A stretch of DNA of 64,000 nucleotides, taken from positions 1-64,000 of the IMG/VR virus record IMGVR_UViG_3300024344_003321. One strand, 5' to 3'. Below, piece by piece: positions 56,971 to 64,000 of the stretch (position 1 is the stretch's first letter; each line of letters begins with the position of its first letter). Source of the stretch: a virus. The notes below the pieces were generated by a model that saw nothing but the letters and a program-made list of their open reading frames with translations, was not told the DNA's origin and made no database searches. The position numbers and the translations under genes are program-made.

Positions 56971-57982
56971 ATTATTAGAAAAAAATATACATCGGAACGA
57001 AACTACATTTAGACCATTTATTTTTGCTCAAAATTATTTAAAGGAAATAGGGATTGAGTTTACAGATGGCGATTCGTATGATTATGCATGGGTCGGTCAA
57101 GCAAGCATTATAGATAAAAAAAAATCACTTAAGGAATCAATAGACGGTGGGTTGGAATTTATTTCAAGGATAACTGGTGATTACATGATAATTGACGGGC
57201 AGGATTCTACATCTTTAATTGGAGCTATTGATGTGTTTAGGGAATCTAATGCTAAGCTATTTCTTAAAAATTCATATCTTAAAGATTTTGATTTGTATAA
57301 AAAAGGTTGGGCAAATGGTAGAATGTATTGGGGTATAGGTGAATATTCAGTCCCTGATATTGATATGATGAAGTCAAAAATGAAGTTATCTGGATGCAAT
57401 TGGTTATCAACAATTCAACCGAATTGGTATGATTATAAACACATAGAAAAAAAATATGATATATCTTGTATGTTTGGATTTCCAACAAAAACCAAAGTAT
57501 ATGAACATGAATTATGCCAAACGGATTATTATGATAAGCATAGAAAGGAATTACTGAACATATTAGGTGATAAATATAATATTGCAAAATTAGATGGTGG
57601 TAAGCGTGTATCGCAGAATGAGTATTATAAAAAAATGTATAGCTCAAAAATAATAATGGCACCATATGGTTATGGTGAAATGGCACCAAGAGATTTAGAA
57701 TCTGCTATGTTTGGTAGTGTATTAGTAAAACCAGATTTAAGTTATATAGAAACTGTACCAAATATTTATCTTGATTCATATAGCTATATTTCCGTAACTT
57801 ATGATTGGTCGAATATTATAGAAAAAATTGATATGATATTAGCTGATTATGAAAATATAAGGGAACGATTAGTTAAAAATATGAGAAATGAATTTGATAG
57901 AGCAAATAATTATGAGAATTTTGCAGTACATCTGTATAATATATTTAGTCAATTAGAGGGGGTGAGTGTTGAATATGCGTAA
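56957..57982 (+). CDS. Glycosyltransferase-like (GT-B C-terminal domain)
   Basis: EYYKKMYSSKIIMAPYGYGE..PRDLES..FGSVLVKP. Confidence 0.6.
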   Translation: MIKIKLLEKNIHRNETTFRPFIFAQNYLKEIGIEFTDGDSYDYAWVGQASIIDKKKSLKESIDGGLEFISRITGDYMIIDGQDSTSLIGAIDVFRESNAKLFLKNSYLKDFDLYKKGWANGRMYWGIGEYSVPDIDMMKSKMKLSGCNWLSTIQPNWYDYKHIEKKYDISCMFGFPTKTKVYEHELCQTDYYDKHRKELLNILGDKYNIAKLDGGKRVSQNEYYKKMYSSKIIMAPYGYGEMAPRDLESAMFGSVLVKPDLSYIETVPNIYLDSYSYISVTYDWSNIIEKIDMILADYENIRERLVKNMRNEFDRANNYENFAVHLYNIFSQLEGVSVEYA

Positions 57983-58985
57983 ATTAATAGTATTTGGGCC
58001 ATGGTGTGGTGAGTTTTGTTATGAATTAAGTTGGTGGATTCCTGAAATTAGAAAAATAAAGAATGATAATTATTCAGATTGGGATGCAATAGCTGTTGGT
58101 TTCAATGGTCGTCAAGTTTTATATGAGGATTTTACTATTGGTTATATATCATATCCAAAAGATGTTGATGATAAATTATTATATCCTGCTACTTACGGTG
58201 AGCATATAGCGGGTGGTGGTGATGTAGTACCAGATTTTTTAATAGATTTTGTCAACGAAAAATTAAATTCTATTAAAGATAATTATGACCATATAGAAGT
58301 ATATTATCCAGGGATTTATCCAATAACAGCAGAGCGAACTTTATCAGAGCAACCATATGGGATTTATAAACATTATACTGCATCACCAAGAATATATAAT
58401 AAAATAAGAACACAACTAAATGATTATTTTGATAATGATAGGAAAACTATTGCAATAATGGCTCGTATTCGGACACGATATGGCAATACATGTAAACTCG
58501 ATTGGAACCCAACTCATTGGGAAACATTAGTGGATATGATTATAAATAAATTGCATGTTAATGTTGTGATGATAGGTATAGCTAGGAAGCCGGATAGTAG
58601 TGCAGGCGGGGGCTTGACATTGTCAGATACAGAGGTATATGAGAAAAATAAAGATTATATTATGCCAATATCATTTAGTGGAGCTGATTCAGTTGAAGAA
58701 CAGATTGCTTTATTACAATTAACAGAATGTAGTATATATGGCTCATCAGGGACAGCAGTGTTCCCATTTTTTATAAAAGATGCACCTTCATTTACTCAGC
58801 AGACTGTTGAGGAAGGATATAGATTAAAATTTAAATGGGAAAGAGAATTAACAAATAATTTAAAAAATATCAAAGTGTTTGATAAATATAATAATTTTGA
58901 TATTTATGATTCCTCACCTGAGGAGTTATTCGATGAATTTAAACGGTTTTATGAAAAAATAGATGAAGGATTATGCTATGAATAA
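57975..58985 (+). CDS. Hypothetical protein, possibly glycosyltransferase (GT9-like)
   Basis: GPWCGEF.YEL..W.P; W....WETLVD; EEQIALL...IYGSSG; lies inside the sugar cluster. Confidence 0.4.
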   Translation: MRKLIVFGPWCGEFCYELSWWIPEIRKIKNDNYSDWDAIAVGFNGRQVLYEDFTIGYISYPKDVDDKLLYPATYGEHIAGGGDVVPDFLIDFVNEKLNSIKDNYDHIEVYYPGIYPITAERTLSEQPYGIYKHYTASPRIYNKIRTQLNDYFDNDRKTIAIMARIRTRYGNTCKLDWNPTHWETLVDMIINKLHVNVVMIGIARKPDSSAGGGLTLSDTEVYEKNKDYIMPISFSGADSVEEQIALLQLTECSIYGSSGTAVFPFFIKDAPSFTQQTVEEGYRLKFKWERELTNNLKNIKVFDKYNNFDIYDSSPEELFDEFKRFYEKIDEGLCYE

Positions 58986-60093
58986 GTTAGATATACGCGA
59001 AAATATGTTACCCGTATTAGGCCCCCAGGGCGGGTTAGAAGAAGTATCTGCTATACAGCAGGTGATTGAAAGTGGTTGGTGGGGTAAAGGGCCAAAAGTT
59101 GCTGAATTTGAAGAAAAGTTTGCTAAAATGGTTGGACATAAATATGCTATAGCTGTTACAAGTGCATCACACGGCCAAGATTTGGTTATGAAGGCAATGG
59201 GCTGGAAAGGAATTGATGTAATCAATCCGGCAATATCATTTATTGCAACTGCTATTATACCTCTTTGGAATGGTTTTACTTCAAATATTGTTGATGTTAA
59301 ACGAGATACATTATGTATAGACCCAGAAGATGTTAGAAAATATAAAAAACCAAATAGTGAATTATTAATAGCTGTAAATCAAGCAGGAGTCCCAGCTGAT
59401 TACAGAGAATTACGAAAAGTATTTGATGGGTTTATACTTGAAGATACTGCACATAGCTGCTGGACACCTGGTGCAGGACTCGGTGGTGATTGTGCTGTTT
59501 GGTCATTTCAAGCAGTTAAGACTATGCCAATGGGGGATGGTGGCATGATTACAACAGATGATAAACAGCTCGCTGATAAATGTAGGGAGATGACTTGGTT
59601 TGGTGTTTCATCGACATGGAGTAGAAGTCAAGGTGCAAGTGGGAAGCCTGGATACGCTTGGGATTATCAAGTTGATATTCTTGGGTATAAATATTATATG
59701 ATTGACATATTAGCTGCTATTGGGTTAGAGCAGATGAAGAAATTACCTAAACATTTAGAATTTAGGAGACATATACAATCAAGATATAATAAAGAATTAA
59801 ACCCATTAATTGAAAGACCACCACATTCAGAAACGGTGCAATACTATGTAGCAAGAGTCCCATCGGAGCATAGAGATAGTTTAATTGATTATTTGGGTAA
59901 TAAAAAAATACATACTTCTGTTCATTTCAAACCATTATATAAATATGGTCCAATTGTGCATGATAGGGAATACCCAGTATGTGAAACTGAATGGACAAAA
60001 TTAATATCATTACCATGCCATAACAGAATGAAGGAAGAAGATATTGATTATGTTGTGTATTGGGTGAATAAATATTTTGAGGATAAGGTTTAA
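58978..60093 (+). CDS. DegT/DnrJ/EryC1 PLP-dependent sugar aminotransferase
   Basis: GPKVAEFE, EDTAHS, SFQAVKTMPMGDGGMI (catalytic Lys), ISLP. Confidence 0.9.
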   Translation: MNKLDIRENMLPVLGPQGGLEEVSAIQQVIESGWWGKGPKVAEFEEKFAKMVGHKYAIAVTSASHGQDLVMKAMGWKGIDVINPAISFIATAIIPLWNGFTSNIVDVKRDTLCIDPEDVRKYKKPNSELLIAVNQAGVPADYRELRKVFDGFILEDTAHSCWTPGAGLGGDCAVWSFQAVKTMPMGDGGMITTDDKQLADKCREMTWFGVSSTWSRSQGASGKPGYAWDYQVDILGYKYYMIDILAAIGLEQMKKLPKHLEFRRHIQSRYNKELNPLIERPPHSETVQYYVARVPSEHRDSLIDYLGNKKIHTSVHFKPLYKYGPIVHDREYPVCETEWTKLISLPCHNRMKEEDIDYVVYWVNKYFEDKV

Positions 60094-60097
60094 TAAT

Positions 60098-60949
60098 ATG
60101 TATTTAGACAAATATACAATACAGGGAACTATAAATAATGATGCAAATCCTTGTTTTCATAATCCTAATACTTTTCCTGATTTTCAAGTTAAATTAGAAC
60201 AATTTAAAAATCATTTAACGGGGTTAGTTGATAATAAAGAATCTAAAACTTTTTATAAATTTGGTGATGGAGATTATTACTTTTTAAAGAGAGTGGGAGT
60301 GGGTAGTGCATCTCCTGGCAAACGAGCTTTAAGTAAGTCATATTCTGATATTAATCACAATGAATTTGTCGAAGGTTCAAAATTAAATGATTATTATACT
60401 TGTGAGATATATCCTGAAAATGTTAGTAAATTTAAAGAAATAATACCTAACACGAATATAGATTATCCTGCAGAATATGGTTATGGGTTGGTTGCTAATA
60501 AATGGTTTTTTGAAAAATTTAATGGTAAAATTGGATTAATTGGGGCCAGTGAAAAGTTATATTTAATTGAAGAACTACTGCAACATGATAGGTATAAAGA
60601 GTATTTGGGTTTGGACCGTTTTAATGATTATATACATTTCCCTCAAAAATATGCTTGTGATGATATTAAAATGGTAGAAGAATTTGTTGGTAATCAATTA
60701 AAGCAATCTGATTCTAACATATTCTTATTGGGAATAGGTCATGCTAAATCAGCCATACTACACAAATTTAAAAAATACACGAACGCTGTTTTTATGGATG
60801 TTGGTGCAGGTATAGATATGATAGCTGGTTGTATCAATGTAAACAGACCTTATGCAGGTGACTGGACAAATTATAGACTTAACAATTACGATTATTCAAA
60901 AATCGATTATTTAAAATACATAGGTGCAGGTAAGGAGGTAGTTTTATAA
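60098..60949 (+). CDS. GT-D-fold-like hypothetical glycosyltransferase
   Basis: FYKFGDGD near the N-terminus and LLGIGHAK...MDVGAGID at the C-terminus. Confidence 0.5.
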   Translation: MYLDKYTIQGTINNDANPCFHNPNTFPDFQVKLEQFKNHLTGLVDNKESKTFYKFGDGDYYFLKRVGVGSASPGKRALSKSYSDINHNEFVEGSKLNDYYTCEIYPENVSKFKEIIPNTNIDYPAEYGYGLVANKWFFEKFNGKIGLIGASEKLYLIEELLQHDRYKEYLGLDRFNDYIHFPQKYACDDIKMVEEFVGNQLKQSDSNIFLLGIGHAKSAILHKFKKYTNAVFMDVGAGIDMIAGCINVNRPYAGDWTNYRLNNYDYSKIDYLKYIGAGKEVVL

Positions 60950-61650
60950 TGAATATATATATTTTAACATCAGATAAAAGTAATTTTGTGATAAAAGCTT
61001 TACAATATTGCATAAATAAATTTTGGAAACCCAATCCTAAAGTTTTTATATTGGGGTATAAAGAACCAGCTGTAAAACTTGAAAAAAACTTTACTTTTGT
61101 TTCATTAGGTGAGGATAGAGGTCCAGAACATGTTGGGGGTGACTTAATCAGATTTTTTTCAAAAATAAAAGATAAACATTTTATTTTTTCAGTTGATGAT
61201 TTTTTACCTATTAGGAAAGTAAATAAAAAAATGTTAACACATTTAAAACAAAAAATGAGGTTAGATTCAGTTGGTAGAATTTCTTTAACAGACCAAGTTA
61301 GTGATAAACAGCATAGTGTAGTTGAACAACTTGAGCAATATAATATAATAGAAATGGCTCAGAATGCGAATTACAGAAAATCAGCAGTATGGTCATTGTG
61401 GTCTAAAGAATATTTTTTAAAATATCTTAATCCTAAGATGACATTATGGCAATGGGAATTGGATGAGAGGTGTAAAGGTGATGGTATTCGTATTTTAGGA
61501 ACTAATACCACATTTATTATGCAATCATGCCATTTATTTAAGCGGGGTAAGTTAAAAGCAGATTGGGTAACGGATAGCGAAAGTGATGATGTCATGTTTG
61601 AAAAAGACCAAAAAGTAGTTTCTGAAATAATAGGTATTGTGAATGAGTAA
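60949..61650 (+). CDS. Hypothetical glycosyltransferase-like protein
   Basis: YILTSDK, FIFSVDDFLP, SLWSKEYF, WQWE; lies in the sugar cluster. Confidence 0.45.
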   Translation: MNIYILTSDKSNFVIKALQYCINKFWKPNPKVFILGYKEPAVKLEKNFTFVSLGEDRGPEHVGGDLIRFFSKIKDKHFIFSVDDFLPIRKVNKKMLTHLKQKMRLDSVGRISLTDQVSDKQHSVVEQLEQYNIIEMAQNANYRKSAVWSLWSKEYFLKYLNPKMTLWQWELDERCKGDGIRILGTNTTFIMQSCHLFKRGKLKADWVTDSESDDVMFEKDQKVVSEIIGIVNE

Positions 61651-62539
61651 AATATTAGTTACGGGTGGTAGTGGTTTGGTAGGTAAACACCTTAAAGATA
61701 TTTTACCAGACGCTATTTATGTATCATCCAAAAATTTTGATTTGATGGACATCAATCGTGTGGATGCAATGATTGACTTTTTCAGACCCAATATAGTTAT
61801 TCACTTGGCAGCTAAAGTGGGTGGTATCATGGATAACATAACCTACCCAGTGGATTATTTAGAAGAAAACATTTTGATGAATACAAATATACTAAAAAAA
61901 TGTCATGAATTTAAAGTGGATAGAGTTATAAGTATTTTAAGCACATGTATTTACCCAGACCATGTTGATACTTATCCGATGGTGGAAACAGATTTATTTA
62001 ATGGACCACCAACACCAACTAATTTTTCATACGGGTTTGCAAAAAGATGCATGGCCACCCATATTGATTCTTATGTAAAACAATACAATAAAAAATGGTC
62101 TTATTTAATACCTTGTAATTTATATGGAGAATATGATAAATATGAAGAACATAATAGTCATTTTGTATCTGCTTTAATTAAAAAAATATATGAGAATGAT
62201 ACTGAAATGACTCTATGGGGTACTGGTAAACCATTAAGGCAATTTATGCATGGTGGTGATTTGGCTAGAGTTATCAAATATATGATTGATAATAATATAG
62301 TTGGTAATTTTAATGTAGCTCCACCAGAAGTGTATAGTATAGACGAAATTACAGAAATAGCAAAAAAAGCTTGTAATAAAGAAAATTTAGTTGTATATTA
62401 TGATAATAATAAACCAGATGGACAATTTAGAAAAGATGTTGATTCTTCCAAATTATTATCAATTCTAAAAGATTTTAAATTCACATCATTGGAAGATGGT
62501 ATAAAAATTACTTATGATGCAGTAAAGGGTAAATTATGA
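61643..62539 (+). CDS. GDP-L-fucose synthase / GDP-colitose synthase-like reductase
   Basis: VTGGSGLVG, HLAAKVGGI, STCIYP, YGFAK, PCNLYG, WGTGKPLRQF, KPDGQ. Confidence 0.88.
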   Translation: MSKILVTGGSGLVGKHLKDILPDAIYVSSKNFDLMDINRVDAMIDFFRPNIVIHLAAKVGGIMDNITYPVDYLEENILMNTNILKKCHEFKVDRVISILSTCIYPDHVDTYPMVETDLFNGPPTPTNFSYGFAKRCMATHIDSYVKQYNKKWSYLIPCNLYGEYDKYEEHNSHFVSALIKKIYENDTEMTLWGTGKPLRQFMHGGDLARVIKYMIDNNIVGNFNVAPPEVYSIDEITEIAKKACNKENLVVYYDNNKPDGQFRKDVDSSKLLSILKDFKFTSLEDGIKITYDAVKGKL

Positions 62540-63111
62540 AGCATTTAAGATTACCAGAAAATTATTTAACTGACAGTAGTGTAGTATTTGACTTAGGTGG
62601 TTATAACGGCACTTATAGTGGACTAATACACAATATATGTGCATGTTCTATATTTTTATTTGAGCCAGTTGAAGGATATTATACTCATTGTGTTAATAGA
62701 TTCAAGGGGAACGATAATATTAAATGTTTTAATTATGGGTTAGGTAGTAATAATGAACTTATATCATTATATATTGGTGGTGATTCATCATCAATTTATA
62801 AAACAAAACAAAATACAGATGAATTAGTATTATGCGAAATAAAACATTTTGGTGAGTTTATAAAACAAAATGAAATTAAACATATAGATTTGATTAAAAT
62901 AAATATTGAAGGTGGTGAATATGATTTATTAGAATATTTAATTGACGGTGGTGACATATTAAAAATAGGTAAACTCCAAATTCAATTTCATAACTTTGAT
63001 AAAAATGCAGAAAAAAGAAAAAGAGAAATAGTAAAAAAATTAAAGGTAACCCATTCAATGGATTGGAAACAGGGTGAATGGACTTGGGAAGAATGGAGTT
63101 TAAAACAATGA
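62536..63111 (+). CDS. FkbM-family methyltransferase
   Basis: VFDLGGYNG, FEPV, IDLIKINIEGGE, QIQFH. Confidence 0.85.
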   Translation: MKHLRLPENYLTDSSVVFDLGGYNGTYSGLIHNICACSIFLFEPVEGYYTHCVNRFKGNDNIKCFNYGLGSNNELISLYIGGDSSSIYKTKQNTDELVLCEIKHFGEFIKQNEIKHIDLIKINIEGGEYDLLEYLIDGGDILKIGKLQIQFHNFDKNAEKRKREIVKKLKVTHSMDWKQGEWTWEEWSLKQ

Positions 63112-64000
63112 TAACTTTAGTAAAAGATACAATAGGTAATGATGATATTGACCAATTAATAGATTGGTTAAAAACTTATCCAAGATTAACAAAGGGTCCA
63201 CTGACCATGGAGTTGGAAAAGAAGTGGTCTAAATGGTTAGGAAGAAAATATTCAGTATTTTGTAATTCAGGTTCATCTGCTAATCTTTTAATGTTGTCTG
63301 CATTAAAAGAAGGTCATTACATGAAAAACAATAAGGTGGTAGTCCCATCGGTTGCTTGGTCAACAGATTTAGCTCCCGTGATGCAATTAGGAATGGAACC
63401 TATTTTATGTGATTCTAACATAAAAGAGTTGTCAGTTGATTTAAATCATTTAGAACAATTATTTCAACTACACTCCCCATCAGCATTAATGTTTGTATCT
63501 GTATTGGGTTTAGTTCCTGATATGGAAAAAATTGTAAAGTTATGTTTGCAGTATAATGTAACATTGTTAGAAGATACTTGTGAATCAATGGGGTGTGAAT
63601 ATAAGAATAAGAAACTCGGGACTTTCAGTAAAATGTCAAGCTTTTCAACATATTTTGGACATCATATTTCAACAATTGAAGGTGGTTTTGTTACAACAGA
63701 TGATGAAGAATTATATGAATTATTATTATCATTGAGGAGTCATGGTTGGGATAGGGATTTAAGTAAAAGTTCACAAATTACTTTGCAACACGATTGGTCA
63801 GTATCAGAATTTGATGCTATGTACACTTTTTACCATCCTGGGTTTAATCTACGGTCCACAGATTTACAAGCATTTATTGGGATAAATCAAATAGACAAAT
63901 TAGATGAATGGGGTGAAAAAAGAGAAAATAATTTTAAGTTATACCAAAAGTTAATAAAGAATGATTATTGGAAAGTGAATCCAACGCCCGATTCATTCAT
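63108..64000 (+). CDS. Partial ColD/RfbH-like PLP-dependent nucleotide-sugar 3-dehydratase (3'-truncated)
   Basis: Open from ATG 63108 to the window end; VFCNSGSSANLLML, LEDTCES, SFSTYFGHHISTIEGG (His at the usual Lys position), RSHGWDR, GFNLRST. Confidence 0.8.
   Translation, partial: MITLVKDTIGNDDIDQLIDWLKTYPRLTKGPLTMELEKKWSKWLGRKYSVFCNSGSSANLLMLSALKEGHYMKNNKVVVPSVAWSTDLAPVMQLGMEPILCDSNIKELSVDLNHLEQLFQLHSPSALMFVSVLGLVPDMEKIVKLCLQYNVTLLEDTCESMGCEYKNKKLGTFSKMSSFSTYFGHHISTIEGGFVTTDDEELYELLLSLRSHGWDRDLSKSSQITLQHDWSVSEFDAMYTFYHPGFNLRSTDLQAFIGINQIDKLDEWGEKRENNFKLYQKLIKNDYWKVNPTPDSF

Noticed and set aside
1-64000. Genome-wide stop codon reassignment
   Set aside because: Core genes are full length in the standard code, and TGA and TAG terminate many genes at expected positions; only one suspicious TGA (250).

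Overview
AT-rich segment (roughly 30% GC by eye) of a large T4-like (Far-T4-type) myovirus genome, with all credible genes on the + strand. 1-19.8 kb: virion module (phage bS21, scaffold, major capsid, neck, sheath, tube, GH108 lysozyme, tail chaperone, tape measure, baseplate). 19.9-36.2 kb: replication and nucleotide metabolism (divergent PolA-like, SSB, RecA, 5'-3' exonuclease, helicase, class II RNR, dUTPase, PolB). 36.2-44.3 kb: a 7-deazaguanine DNA-modification cluster (queD, queE, folE, DpdL-like, DpdA-like; no queC in the window) interleaved with a GmrSD-like nuclease and an NDP-sugar pathway plus glycosyltransferase. 44.3-50 kb: clamp and loader, an anticodon-domain-less Asp/AsnRS-like enzyme and a non-canonical long-variable-arm tRNA(GUU). 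50-64 kb: a glycosylation island that includes a GT2 gene split by a homing-type endonuclease. The main observations the ORF track misses are the atypical tRNA beside the minimal aaRS-like gene, a probable +1/-2 frameshift at U7 in the tail chaperone, the candidate sugar-plus-deazaguanine modification operon, a TATTTATA(T/G)ATGA late-promoter motif, a fixed-spacing early promoter, a duplicated nrdJ 3' end, and an in-frame TGA at 250. Family assignments come from motif recognition only; no searches were run.
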